A stretch of DNA of 64,000 nt, taken from IMG/VR virus record IMGVR_UViG_3300033562_000715; one strand, 5' to 3'. The DNA is from an uncultured virus (IMG/VR IMGVR_UViG_3300033562_000715) (taxonomy: Duplodnaviria; Heunggongvirae; Uroviricota; Caudoviricetes). The notes beneath the pieces were generated by a model. It searched no databases and was not told where the DNA came from. It saw only the letters and a program-made list of their open reading frames with translations. The position numbers were made by a program, and so were the translations under genes. Shown here piece after piece: positions 49,071 to 59,243 of this stretch. Each line of letters starts with the position of its first letter. Position 1 is the stretch's first letter.

Positions 49071-51119
49071 ATGTCACAGGAATATGGAAATGACTCTATT
49101 AGACGTCTAAAGGGTGAAGAGAGGTTAAGAACTAGACCTGAATCAATGTTAGGCTCTAATGGTCTTGACGGTGCTAAACATACTATTATAGAAGTAGTAG
49201 GTAACGCTACGGATGAAAAACTTGCAGGTCATGGTGATGGATTAAAAGTTGGTATGTATGAAGATGGTTCAGTATCAGTAAGAGACTTTGGTAGAGGTGT
49301 TCCACTTGGATGGAACCCAACGGAAGAAGAATGGAATTACTTTTTAATTTATGAAGACCTTTATGCAGGTGGTAAGTTTGAAAAGAACCAAGATATCTTA
49401 AAGGAGATTGATTTAAAACAATTATGGGATACATTCAAAATTGTTAATTACCCATACCTTGTAACAATTGGGTTAAATGGTGTAGGTGCAGCAGCATCTC
49501 AGTACACTTCGGAATACTTTGAAGTTATTTCTTACAGAGATGGGGTATCAAGTAGAATGACCTTTGAACATGGTGTACATACGTTAGATAACCTTGAAGT
49601 TACTGATACTGATGAACCTAATGGTACATACATTAAATGGAAACCTGAACTTGGTATTTTTACAGATGTAAACATACCATCTAAATGGTTGGATAATTTA
49701 TGTAAAAGTATATCTTATGTATCGGGTTTTAATGTGGAATTTAATAACAAGGGTAACACTGTTGTTTACAATTCAAAAACTATTGCTCAAGAATTAGCAT
49801 CTAGAGTTGGTGCTGAGAATGTTACTGAGGGTAATAACTTTGTTCATGTTACAGACGAGTCAGGAGATATTTGTATTTGTGATGCTACTGTTGTAATTGG
49901 TTCTAGTGGTTCTAAAATTGAATATTATCATAACAGGGTAGAAGTATCAGGTGGAGTACATTCTTCAGCATATAACAATGCTATTTGGGATTTCTTTGAT
50001 GAGGTTTCCAAGGATAGAAATGTAAAAATAAAGGACGCTGATTATTCAGGTCAGTTCTCTTGTATCATTTCTACTCTCTCTAACAAAATGAGTTTAAGAG
50101 GTCAAACTAAAGACTCTCTTGATGATGCTTATGTTTATAAATGTATCTATAGTTGTTTAAAGGACTTGTTATCTATGGAATACAAAAAAGGCACAGGTTG
50201 GTTATTAGATATAATTGATACTGCTGAACAGAATGCTAAAAATAGACTTGCTGTTTTAGAAATGTCAAAGAACCTAAAAGAAATTGAAAAAACAACCAAG
50301 AAACACAAACTTTCAAAGAAGTTCGTATCTTGTAGAACCTATGAAGAGAATAAGCCAGAACAAACTAGCTTTTTCATTGTAGAGGGTGATTCTGCAGGTG
50401 GTCGTGTTAAGACTGCTCGTAATGATTTATTTCAATGTTATTTAGCAATTAGGGGTAAATCACTTAATGTATATAAAGCAACTCTTGAAAAGTTACTAGC
50501 TAATGCTGAGATTCGTGATATGATTTCTGCACTGGGTTGTGGAATAGACTTAGGAATAGAAGGGTATGATGGCTTTGATATCAAAAAGTTAAAGGTTGGA
50601 AAAATCTATTTCTTAGCTGATGCTGATATAGATGGTAAGCATATCCTAATGTTGTTATTCTTAATCTTTTACAAATTATTTCCAGAGCTATTATATAATG
50701 GTTTAGTGTATATTGTAGATACCCCTTTGTATGTTATTAACTGTAAGGATGATAGGTCAGTATATTGTATGGATGAAAAAGAAATGATGCTTAAACGTGC
50801 AGAACTTGGTGAATCAATGGTTCATTCTGTAGACCGTTTCAAAGGTTTAGGAGAGGCTGAGGCTGATGTATTATGGGACACTACTTTAAATCCTGAGGTA
50901 ATGGTATCACATCAGCTTAAGATAGAAAGAAATGATATGGCTATGTGTGATGTATTAGAAGTCCTCTTTGGTAAATCAACTGAAAGACGTAAACGTGCAA
51001 TATTGGGTAGTATGATGGATGACTTTGATGGTACTCTTGACATGATGCAAAGTTTATCAGACTTCGTTGAAAACCTTGAACTTAACGGGGATTTAGAAAT
51101 TGAAAATGTTGTAATGTAG
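49071..51119 (+). CDS. Type IIA topoisomerase subunit B (GyrB/ParE-like)
   Basis: EVVGNATDE, DFGRGVP, GLNGVG, TOPRIM VEGDSAGG, DADIDG.HI, RFKGLGE. Confidence 0.93.
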   Translation: MSQEYGNDSIRRLKGEERLRTRPESMLGSNGLDGAKHTIIEVVGNATDEKLAGHGDGLKVGMYEDGSVSVRDFGRGVPLGWNPTEEEWNYFLIYEDLYAGGKFEKNQDILKEIDLKQLWDTFKIVNYPYLVTIGLNGVGAAASQYTSEYFEVISYRDGVSSRMTFEHGVHTLDNLEVTDTDEPNGTYIKWKPELGIFTDVNIPSKWLDNLCKSISYVSGFNVEFNNKGNTVVYNSKTIAQELASRVGAENVTEGNNFVHVTDESGDICICDATVVIGSSGSKIEYYHNRVEVSGGVHSSAYNNAIWDFFDEVSKDRNVKIKDADYSGQFSCIISTLSNKMSLRGQTKDSLDDAYVYKCIYSCLKDLLSMEYKKGTGWLLDIIDTAEQNAKNRLAVLEMSKNLKEIEKTTKKHKLSKKFVSCRTYEENKPEQTSFFIVEGDSAGGRVKTARNDLFQCYLAIRGKSLNVYKATLEKLLANAEIRDMISALGCGIDLGIEGYDGFDIKKLKVGKIYFLADADIDGKHILMLLFLIFYKLFPELLYNGLVYIVDTPLYVINCKDDRSVYCMDEKEMMLKRAELGESMVHSVDRFKGLGEAEADVLWDTTLNPEVMVSHQLKIERNDMAMCDVLEVLFGKSTERRKRAILGSMMDDFDGTLDMMQSLSDFVENLELNGDLEIENVVM

Positions 51120-51130
51120 CTTATATTGGT

Positions 51131-51173
51131 TGGTGTAAGGTTTACCTGAACTAGTTGGGTAAGTCTTACACCA
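51131..51173. terminator. Long hairpin after topoisomerase B
   Basis: tggtgtaaggtttacc...ggtaagtcttacacca, followed by an A-run. Confidence 0.55.
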
Positions 51174-51185
51174 TAAAAAGAAAGG

Positions 51186-51866
51186 TTGGGTATCATGGGT
51201 AAAGAGAATGAAGTGGCTCCAAAGAAGCCATCTATTAGCACAACAACAGCTAAGCTAAAGGACTTTCCTTTTGCTAATCAAATAGTAATGTTCTTATACA
51301 TTACTATTCTAGTACTTTTAATTATTTCAGGTTTGCAATCATTGTTTGAGAGTGCAGCAACTATAACAAACTCTGAGCTTGTTACAAAATATGAAAAGAA
51401 AACTCAGGTAACAGCTATTTCAGACAAAGGTGAATTCACCTTGAAAGATGGTACAAAGTTAAAGAATATTCAGGTAAGCATCGGACCAAAGCTTGGTTAT
51501 GGTTTCGGGCAATATATGGTAGATGGAAATACATTTGTAGAGGGTATGACTATTGAACAGACAACTCACTCTATGATATATTATATTTGTGTATCATTGG
51601 TCTTTTTTATGTTATCTATTTATATCTGTATGGGTATTAAGACTAAAGATCATTATAGAGCAATGTTTGTATTAGTGGTGTTAATCCTTGCTTTAGACTT
51701 AATGGTGGGTTACTTATTCAGTTCTACTTTCTGCTACATGAAAGGTCATTTATCTACATTAATGGGTATCTCATTATTCATTATAGCTTTAGTAAAATAT
51801 TTCTTTATCTATACAAAGGCTAAGAAAGCTTATTTCTTTAGACCTATAGTGGGGGTGAAGCTATGA
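51186..51866 (+). CDS. Multi-TM membrane protein
   Basis: About four hydrophobic segments. Confidence 0.65.
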   Translation: MGIMGKENEVAPKKPSISTTTAKLKDFPFANQIVMFLYITILVLLIISGLQSLFESAATITNSELVTKYEKKTQVTAISDKGEFTLKDGTKLKNIQVSIGPKLGYGFGQYMVDGNTFVEGMTIEQTTHSMIYYICVSLVFFMLSIYICMGIKTKDHYRAMFVLVVLILALDLMVGYLFSSTFCYMKGHLSTLMGISLFIIALVKYFFIYTKAKKAYFFRPIVGVKL

Positions 51867-52231
51867 AAGGTAAGGACAAATGGTTTGTAAATCCAATCAT
51901 AAACTTCTTTTATCTTATGTCATATCCCTTATTTTTTACAAAGATTGGTCACGCAGAATTACTCTATATAGTAGTAATTGTAATAGTAGTATTATTAATA
52001 TGGGAAGTTATAAATCTAATTATATTTCCTATAAAGGTAAAGAAGTTTAACCTCTCATCAGAAAGACCTGAACTTATAAGGAACTGTGCTTGGGAAATTA
52101 TGAAGGCTCTGACAACAAATGGTTTTTCTTGGAGGCTAGTAGGGTATCATATTAAAAATAGTATTGCAGAAATACTTGCATTTATTGTAATGCTTATAAT
52201 AGCGGGTAATCCTATATATTTTAGGTGGTAA
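51863..52231 (+). CDS. Small membrane protein
   Basis: Hydrophobic segments; ATGA overlap with the upstream gene. Confidence 0.6.
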   Translation: MKGKDKWFVNPIINFFYLMSYPLFFTKIGHAELLYIVVIVIVVLLIWEVINLIIFPIKVKKFNLSSERPELIRNCAWEIMKALTTNGFSWRLVGYHIKNSIAEILAFIVMLIIAGNPIYFRW

Positions 52232-52330
52232 ATACTCTTATAAGAGACTAGGATGCTAGACTTCGATTTGCGTTCTGATAGTGCCTTTTCTCTTGCTTTT
52301 TCTCTATTTTGTGTGTGGTAGTAGGGGCTT

Positions 52331-52640
52331 TCAACAGTAATAAAAAATCTATAAGGATATGCAAGTATCTATTTAATTTTTATAGATTTGGATTGTTGGT
52401 GGTTTCAAGTCAAAGTGAGTACAGCCATTAGAAATGATGGAAGTACGAAGAACTCCGTTAGTAGGAAAAGTTAAAGACATACCCTTGAATGTATACAGCA
52501 GTTTAAGGCTCTATGAGTTATTGAGGAAGAAAGTAGACCTAAGTACAGTTAGCATAAGCTGTATAAGGTAACCAACCCCAATTTAACATGAACTTTCTAT
52601 TGACATTGACAAGCAGTGAAATACTAAGAAATTAAGGTGG
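52331..52640 (+). ncRNA. omegaRNA (HEARO-type) scaffold
   Basis: ~300 nt non-coding leader of iscB with a 5' hairpin and HEARO-like blocks (ggtttcaag, aactccgtta, accc..gaatg..cagtt..gctct, gacattgacaag). Confidence 0.75.
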
Positions 52641-52651
52641 GTGAAAACCTA

Positions 52652-53896
52652 ATGAAAGAACAAGAATATGCTTTTGTAGTGGACATAAAAGGTACTAAAC
52701 TATCCCCAACGAAAGCAGAGAAAGCATGGTATAAGGTAAGACATAGTAAAGCAAAAATACTGAATTTAAAGCCTTTAACAATCCAGTTAAACTATGAAGT
52801 AGTTAATACAGACGCAAGTAAGTTTTATATGGGTTTAGACGTAGGACAAACAACAGGAATAGCTATTGTACAGGAGTGTAAGACTTATAATAAAGTAGTA
52901 TTTAAAGGTGAAATAAGACATAGAAAAGATATAAGTAAGTTAGTAACTCAAAGGGCAGGATATAGAAGATTAAGGAGAACCGAGAAACGTTATAGACCAG
53001 CAAGGTTTAATAATCGTGGTTCAAGTAAGACAAAAGGTCGATTAGCACCAAGTATAAAATGTAGGCAAGACGAAATATTGAGAGTAGTTAAGCATTTGCA
53101 AGGTTTTATTAGTCTATTTAAGATAGTGATTGAGGATGTAAGCTTTGATATAAGAGCACTAACTGATGGCTATAAGCCCTATAGTTGGCAATATCAGAAG
53201 TCAAATCGTTTAGACGAGAATATAAGAAAAGCAGTGCTACTAAGGGATAGTCATACTTGTCAAATGTGTAAATCTAATGGTTGCATGTTAGAAGTTCACC
53301 ATATAACACCAAGACGAGAAAATGGAGAAAATACAATAGGTAACTTAGTAACATTATGTAGTAAGTGTCATAGTAAAGTAACTAATTATGAATCAAATTA
53401 TAAAGAGTTATTTTACAGTATAACTAAGGGTAAACAGATAGGTTTAAGGTATGCAAGTCATGCAATGCAAGGCAAGTTTTATTTGCAGAGTGAATTAAGC
53501 AAGTTAGTAGCTATTGTAGAAAAGACCGATGGTGGAACAACATCAAATAGGCGAATAGATTGGGGTATAGAAAAGAGTCATAGTAGTGATGCAGTAGTGA
53601 TAACAGGATTACATGTTTTTGATGTGTCTGTGTATGAGCATATAATACAACCATTAAGAAAGAAACGACAGTGCAATACGGATAAGACTTTGAGTATAGT
53701 GCAAGGAGATAAGGTTTATTACTTCCCAAGGGGTAAGGTAAAAGCACTGTGTTATGTAACAGCTGTATTGCTAACAGGAAAATCAAATGGTATGTATAAA
53801 TTGACAGGTGTTAAAGATAGTAAACATTATGGACCTGTAGCGGTAAAGAGATTAGTGAAAATACCAAGTAGTCTAAGAGGCTTACGAGTAAGCTAA
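52652..53896 (+). CDS. iscB: IscB RNA-guided endonuclease
   Basis: PLMP-like KLSPT, RuvC-I GLDVG, bridge helix RRLRR/RFNNR, RuvC-II IED, HNH CQMC..HHI..N..TLC..CH, RuvC-III KSH..DA. Confidence 0.93.
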   Translation: MKEQEYAFVVDIKGTKLSPTKAEKAWYKVRHSKAKILNLKPLTIQLNYEVVNTDASKFYMGLDVGQTTGIAIVQECKTYNKVVFKGEIRHRKDISKLVTQRAGYRRLRRTEKRYRPARFNNRGSSKTKGRLAPSIKCRQDEILRVVKHLQGFISLFKIVIEDVSFDIRALTDGYKPYSWQYQKSNRLDENIRKAVLLRDSHTCQMCKSNGCMLEVHHITPRRENGENTIGNLVTLCSKCHSKVTNYESNYKELFYSITKGKQIGLRYASHAMQGKFYLQSELSKLVAIVEKTDGGTTSNRRIDWGIEKSHSSDAVVITGLHVFDVSVYEHIIQPLRKKRQCNTDKTLSIVQGDKVYYFPRGKVKALCYVTAVLLTGKSNGMYKLTGVKDSKHYGPVAVKRLVKIPSSLRGLRVS

Positions 53897-53981
53897 AATA
53901 TAAAAGAAAGGCAGTTAAAATTTATAGATATTCGTATTTTCATAATATATTTATAGATTTAGCTGAAGTGTATATAAGTTT

Positions 53982-54236
53982 ATGGCTTGGTGTAGTTTAT
54001 ATGGTGGTTATTTGCTGAACGATAACGTATATGAATGGGACTTGTCTAAGGTAGATACTCGGGTATTGGAAGAAGCTTTATGGATGACAGATAATAGGTG
54101 TTCTATAAGATGCACTGCTAAAAACTGTAATACTTCTAAATCAACTGTGCAAAGAGATTTATCCGAAAAGCTACCTAAGCTAAGTGCAGAACTATACTTA
54201 GTAGTAAGAAGAATAATAAAAAGTAATATAAATTAG
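53982..54236 (+). CDS. spoIIID: SpoIIID-like HTH regulator
   Basis: R.L.....M.....SIR.TAK....SKSTVQRDLSEKLP.L...LY..V..II matches the SpoIIID core; start codon uncertain. Confidence 0.72.
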   Translation: MAWCSLYGGYLLNDNVYEWDLSKVDTRVLEEALWMTDNRCSIRCTAKNCNTSKSTVQRDLSEKLPKLSAELYLVVRRIIKSNIN

Positions 54237-54249
54237 GAGGAACTAAAAT

Positions 54250-54963
54250 ATGGATATTATGGACAAGTTAGTTATAGGTTCTCATGGTTTTGTTTATGTG
54301 TACCATTCAGGTTTATCATTAACTTATATGACAATGATGGGAATGACTACTGAAGCTTACACTAAAGCTAAATCCCATTATAATGTATCTTGTTTTTGTA
54401 AAACTCATGTAGATTTTAAGGGTAATATGTCAGACCTTGAAGAAGAGTTTGCTATGGATAAAGCTGATAGATGTATTAGTAAAACTATTAAAAAAGAAGA
54501 CTCTATAAAATGCTTACAAGTTTTTCATGAGTACGTTATGCCTAGATTAAACCTATACTTACATAAAAAGTATACCTTTATCTTAGATGAGGATAACCTT
54601 ACAAAAGCATTGTTGGTAAATCAAAGTGCAACACCATTAAACTTACCACCTGTAACTTTAAATGAGAAGGACCTTGAGGGTATCATAGCCTTTGAAGAAG
54701 ATATATTAACGAATAAGTTTATACGATTACTAACGAAAGAAATTAGTTTGCGTAAACAATTAGATTTGCAGTATAACTACACAAGTAGTAACTTTATAAT
54801 AGTAGAAGTATATGAAAGCAAATCTCACGGATCTTTAATAGCCACTTCATGGCTTGACCTTATTATAAAGAGAGATACTTTAGGTGAAGTAATTTGTAAT
54901 GAACTAAAGAAGCCTACAGGGTATCAAATGAACTTTGAAGGACCACTATTGTATTTAGGTTAA
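54250..54963 (+). CDS. Hypothetical protein
   Basis: AGGAGG RBS; 237 aa. Confidence 0.65.
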   Translation: MDIMDKLVIGSHGFVYVYHSGLSLTYMTMMGMTTEAYTKAKSHYNVSCFCKTHVDFKGNMSDLEEEFAMDKADRCISKTIKKEDSIKCLQVFHEYVMPRLNLYLHKKYTFILDEDNLTKALLVNQSATPLNLPPVTLNEKDLEGIIAFEEDILTNKFIRLLTKEISLRKQLDLQYNYTSSNFIIVEVYESKSHGSLIATSWLDLIIKRDTLGEVICNELKKPTGYQMNFEGPLLYLG

Positions 54964-55077
54964 AGATAGTAAATAACCTTTACTTTTGCTATGTTATTTA
55001 TATAAATGGGTGGTTAACTAAACCCATTTATGTTAAAATATAATTATGTAGAATTTAAATAGGAGGATAAACAGTAT

Positions 55078-57252
55078 ATGTCATCTAGAATTTATTCAGG
55101 ACCATCCGATGGGTTTTCAGACTTAGCAGATGGGTATGTAGATTATGCAATGGAAGTAATTGCTAGAAGAGCAGTACCTGACGTACGTGATGGGTTAAAA
55201 CCAGTAACACGTAGAATACTTTACCAAGGAGAACAGGGTAAAAAAGATTATATGCAGAAATGTGCATCTATCGTAGGAGATACCATAAAGATTCATCCCC
55301 ATGGAGATAATTCAATTTATGAGGCTTTTGCCTTATATACAGATGAAAATGGTTCATGTAATATTCCTTTTTTCAAAGGAATGGGTAACTTAGGTAAGGT
55401 CTTTAGTTCGGATAAACCAGCAGGGATGCGTTATCCAAAGTTTAAAATGCATGATAATGCTTTCCTTCTTTTTAAAGATAAAGATGTAATGGACTTGGTA
55501 ACTTCTGAAGAAGGAGAGGGTTTAGAACCAAAAGTATTAAATGCAATTATTCCTTTGGTACTTGTAAATGGTGCAATGGGTATTGCAGTTTCAGCAGGAA
55601 CAAAAATGCCATCATTTAACTTATCTGATGTACTTGACTTAACTATTAAGTATGCTAAAACAAGAAAGTTAGATGTAAATGATATGATTATACCAGATTT
55701 TCCAACAGGTGGTGTACTCGTATGTAATAAAGAAGAAATTGCAAAGATTATGTTAACTGGAAAAGCAAAATTAAAGATTAGAGCTAAAGTCGAAATAGAG
55801 GGTGCTATGATTCACATGGTAGAAGTTCCTTATGGAAAGACGGCTGAAGGTATTGTAAGTGCAATTAAGGAAGCTGAAGTTCCAGGTGTTGTCGGTTCAA
55901 TAGTATCAACAGGACGTGGTTCTGTAGGTTTAGTAACCGTAACATGTAAGTCAAAGAAGATAGTTGAAGAGGTCTTAATGGATCTGTATCATAGAAACAT
56001 TTTTCAAAATACCTTTGGAAGTAATATTCTTGTTATAGATGATGGTATTCCTAAATTATTAGGTGTTTTTGGTGTAGTAGAAACATGGTTTGCTTGGAGA
56101 GAAACTGTAGTAAAGAAAAAGATTAGTCATATCTTGGAAGTTTTAAGGAATGACAAAATAATCTTTGATTACTTTATTCGCTTAGTAAGCAATGAATCTT
56201 GGAGAGATACATATGTAGACAGGGTAATTCACAACGGTAAAGCAAAAGGTAAAGAATACTTGGAAGAAATTTTTCCAGATATTCCACTCAACGTTTCAAC
56301 TTGGATTAGTGGTAGATCAATCTCTGCTTTTCATAACGGTGACTCTTATTTAGAAAAATACAATCAGTTTTGTACAGATGAAGAATATTGGACCAAACGT
56401 AATGAAGACACTTCTTTATATATCATTGAAGAGTTAGAAGAAGTAAAAAAGAAGATGGCTAAAAAATATCCGAGGAAAACTGAAATATCTTACACTGATT
56501 ACAAGTTCTCAAAATTAACTGATTCGGATGAAATAGAAGACGAAAGTTATTGTGTTTACACCCTTAAGAAAGATGGTTTCTTAACTAAAACTAGAGACCT
56601 ATATCTGGGTAATGATACTCTTTGTCAAATACAAGCTAAAGCAAATAGTATTTTAATTGGCTTTGACAACTTTGGTAGGGTACTAAGGGTAATTGGAAAA
56701 GAGATTCCATTTACGCCAACAGGTGATAGTGGAGAATATATGCCTAAGTACTTTGAAGCTACATTTGAAGAAAATTACAAAGTTCTTTATTTAGGGTTAC
56801 TTGATGGTACTAAACGTATGTTGGTATATCGTGATGGGTATATTGGTTATTTAGATACAATGGAGTACTTAGGTAAAAAGAACATTAAGATTGTAAGTAA
56901 GGGTATCTGTCTTGCAGTAATGGACAAATTACTTCATGTATATGAAGAAAAAGATATTCCAATGCAAATTCTTTTAGCCGATGACTCAACAGGTAAAGTT
57001 CGTTTAGGTGTTGTAAATACCAATTCTATTGCTGAACGTTCTAGAATTAGTCGTGCTAAAGTATTATCAGGTGACAACATTAATACTAAGTATTTGAAAG
57101 GTTTCAATGACTTTGAGTTAGTTAAGTATCTTGAAGACCCCGATCAGTTTATGGGTAAACTTAAGATTATGAAAAGCAACTTCCTTGGAAACCCTTGTGA
57201 CCTTGAAGATGGTGATTATATAGACCTATGTAAAGATACTCAAGCAGAATAG
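55078..57252 (+). CDS. Type IIA topoisomerase subunit A (GyrA/ParC-like)
   Basis: RAVPDVRDGLKPVTRRILY, HPHGD, AGMRY (catalytic Tyr), LVNG..GIAV, PDFPTGG. Confidence 0.93.
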   Translation: MSSRIYSGPSDGFSDLADGYVDYAMEVIARRAVPDVRDGLKPVTRRILYQGEQGKKDYMQKCASIVGDTIKIHPHGDNSIYEAFALYTDENGSCNIPFFKGMGNLGKVFSSDKPAGMRYPKFKMHDNAFLLFKDKDVMDLVTSEEGEGLEPKVLNAIIPLVLVNGAMGIAVSAGTKMPSFNLSDVLDLTIKYAKTRKLDVNDMIIPDFPTGGVLVCNKEEIAKIMLTGKAKLKIRAKVEIEGAMIHMVEVPYGKTAEGIVSAIKEAEVPGVVGSIVSTGRGSVGLVTVTCKSKKIVEEVLMDLYHRNIFQNTFGSNILVIDDGIPKLLGVFGVVETWFAWRETVVKKKISHILEVLRNDKIIFDYFIRLVSNESWRDTYVDRVIHNGKAKGKEYLEEIFPDIPLNVSTWISGRSISAFHNGDSYLEKYNQFCTDEEYWTKRNEDTSLYIIEELEEVKKKMAKKYPRKTEISYTDYKFSKLTDSDEIEDESYCVYTLKKDGFLTKTRDLYLGNDTLCQIQAKANSILIGFDNFGRVLRVIGKEIPFTPTGDSGEYMPKYFEATFEENYKVLYLGLLDGTKRMLVYRDGYIGYLDTMEYLGKKNIKIVSKGICLAVMDKLLHVYEEKDIPMQILLADDSTGKVRLGVVNTNSIAERSRISRAKVLSGDNINTKYLKGFNDFELVKYLEDPDQFMGKLKIMKSNFLGNPCDLEDGDYIDLCKDTQAE

Positions 57253-57259
57253 AAATAAC

Positions 57260-57290
57260 TAGGCTTAAGCACTTAACTTGCTTAAGCCTA
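57260..57290. terminator. Perfect 12-bp hairpin between topoisomerase A and the helicase
   Basis: taggcttaagca-cttaact-tgcttaagccta; no T-tail. Confidence 0.5.
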
Positions 57291-57306
57291 TAATTGGAGG
57301 AAGTAC

Positions 57307-59124
57307 ATGAGCGAAACATCTGAAAAGGTAATGGACAATATTAATATAGAGGATGATTACCAAGAAGAGGATGACTTTTATACTGAAGAAAACTTAGAAA
57401 AAATAACAACTTTTACTGAACCTTTAGTAGAAGAAAGTTCTCCTATAACTAAAGAAGTTGAGCCTAAAATAGAAGTAGAGTCTGAGACTGAGTTAGAAGT
57501 AAAAGATGAGGCTGAAGATGATAGTTCAACAATTTTAGGTGATGCTTTTTTGGAAGATGAGCAAAGCATGGCTAAAGTACAAACCTTGAGCCTTGAAGAC
57601 TTAGGTGATGTAGACTTTGGTAGTGCTGAAGATGATGGGAATACTGATGATGTTTTATCTCCAGAAGAGCGATTACGTTCTTTTGCAGATACTCTCTTGT
57701 CATCTTGTATAGGTCAAAAGGGTATTCAACAGTATGCTTTAGACAAGTTATTACAAGTTTCAGACCCTATGTTATTTAGGGATGAAAATTATATTCTTTT
57801 TTCAGTAATGTATAGTTATCGTGGTAAACTAAAGTTAATTAATATAGATGAAGAGTTTCTTAAGTTATACTTAACACGAAATAGAGGAATGCTCCAAAAG
57901 TCTAGGGGTATCATTGATATAAATGCATATGGAGAGATAGATGGCTCTGTTGAATTAGGGTACATAAGTGGTGTATTAAAGCACTATAAACGCTTATTAT
58001 CTATGCCAGAGATATCTCAGGTTGCTTTTGAGACCAACTTTGAAAAGTATTTAATTGAATTTAAAGCACTAGAAACAAATAAAGCCTATAAACAGGCTCA
58101 GCTAATTATCTCTGATGGTTTAGAGGTGGGTAACAAAAAGTTCTTTGGTTTTGAGGATAGTATGCATTATATTAAAAGAAGGTTAGCAGAAATTGAAGGA
58201 TTAGCTAACATGCAAAAGGGTAGTGGGTTTACATCGGCTAGACAACTCTTACTCGAAGGTAAAGAGAGTGCAAAATCTTATAAGATTTCTGACTTTGATA
58301 AACTAAAGACTCTGAATGATGCATATGGTGGTATTTATTCAGGAATATTCTATCAGGTAATAGCAGGACCTAAGGCAGGTAAAACCAAGTTTTGTACTAG
58401 AGTAGCTCATACAACTGCTATCAAGTATGGTAACAATATTACAGTATGGGCAGTAGAGGGTGGTAACGAAGCTTTCCTTGCTGAACTAAGAGGTATACAT
58501 TTTGACTACATGTACAACACTGGTGTAAGTGCTACAGAGCGTAAGTATGGTGTTTCACAGGATGTCATTTTGCATGACAAGTTTACTAGCAATGAATTAA
58601 GGTCTTTGGAATTATCAAGTAAATTAGACCTTGCAAGTAATACAGACTATGGTAATATTGACTTCATAGAAAGACCTTTTGAAGTAGAAACCTTTTTAGA
58701 GGACATAGACACTTCTGTAAAATCTAATAATAGTAAATTAGTTGTTATTGATTATTTACAGTTGATTGGCTCATCAAAGAATCTTAGTGAAAGAGAAAGG
58801 GTATCAGAGGCTTATAAGAAGTTATTAGTTTACTGTAGACTAAATAATATATCTGTATTAACACCAGGTCAGTATAAACAAGATACCTTTGAAGCACTTA
58901 TGGCTAAAGGTACTTCGGATGCTGATATGAGAACTGCAGGTGGTACTTCATCAGAGGTACTTAGAACTCCAGATATTATATTTGCATTTTGGGCAACTAC
59001 TCAAGATTTACTTAATAATACTATGAAAATTTTATCAGTGCCTTGTAGATTTAACAAGCCTTTCCCTGAGGTACCTGTTATAACAGACCTTGAGGTATGT
59101 CAGTTTATATCAGTATCTGATTAG
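57307..59124 (+). CDS. DnaB-like (SF4) replicative helicase with acidic N-terminal extension
   Basis: Walker A AGPKAGKT, WAVE, Walker B VVIDYLQL, PGQ, SSEVLRTPD. Confidence 0.82.
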   Translation: MSETSEKVMDNINIEDDYQEEDDFYTEENLEKITTFTEPLVEESSPITKEVEPKIEVESETELEVKDEAEDDSSTILGDAFLEDEQSMAKVQTLSLEDLGDVDFGSAEDDGNTDDVLSPEERLRSFADTLLSSCIGQKGIQQYALDKLLQVSDPMLFRDENYILFSVMYSYRGKLKLINIDEEFLKLYLTRNRGMLQKSRGIIDINAYGEIDGSVELGYISGVLKHYKRLLSMPEISQVAFETNFEKYLIEFKALETNKAYKQAQLIISDGLEVGNKKFFGFEDSMHYIKRRLAEIEGLANMQKGSGFTSARQLLLEGKESAKSYKISDFDKLKTLNDAYGGIYSGIFYQVIAGPKAGKTKFCTRVAHTTAIKYGNNITVWAVEGGNEAFLAELRGIHFDYMYNTGVSATERKYGVSQDVILHDKFTSNELRSLELSSKLDLASNTDYGNIDFIERPFEVETFLEDIDTSVKSNNSKLVVIDYLQLIGSSKNLSERERVSEAYKKLLVYCRLNNISVLTPGQYKQDTFEALMAKGTSDADMRTAGGTSSEVLRTPDIIFAFWATTQDLLNNTMKILSVPCRFNKPFPEVPVITDLEVCQFISVSD

Positions 59125-59243
59125 AGTATTATTGTACAAGCTATCATAATTTAGGGTGCACTATAGTAACGGTAGTATAACCTTTAATAGATTATACTAC
59201 TATTTTCTATTAAAATTGATATTGTTTAAAGAAGAGGAGGCAC

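Larger units (their letters stand above)
52331..53966 (+). mobile_element. Non-autonomous IS200/IS605-superfamily IscB element (boundaries approximate)
   Basis: iscB flanked by related AT-rich hairpins (52332-52398, 53912-53965), both with aaat[ct]tata...tatagattt; no tnpA in the window. Confidence 0.75.

Noticed and set aside
52262..52330. Similarity between the IscB guide flank and 3810-3862, suggesting self-targeting
   Set aside because: Only loose GT-rich resemblance with gaps and mismatches; no convincing protospacer match seen.
52652..53896. Cas9 or a simple HNH homing endonuclease
   Set aside because: Size, PLMP-like N-terminus, missing REC lobe and lack of an array identify it as IscB.
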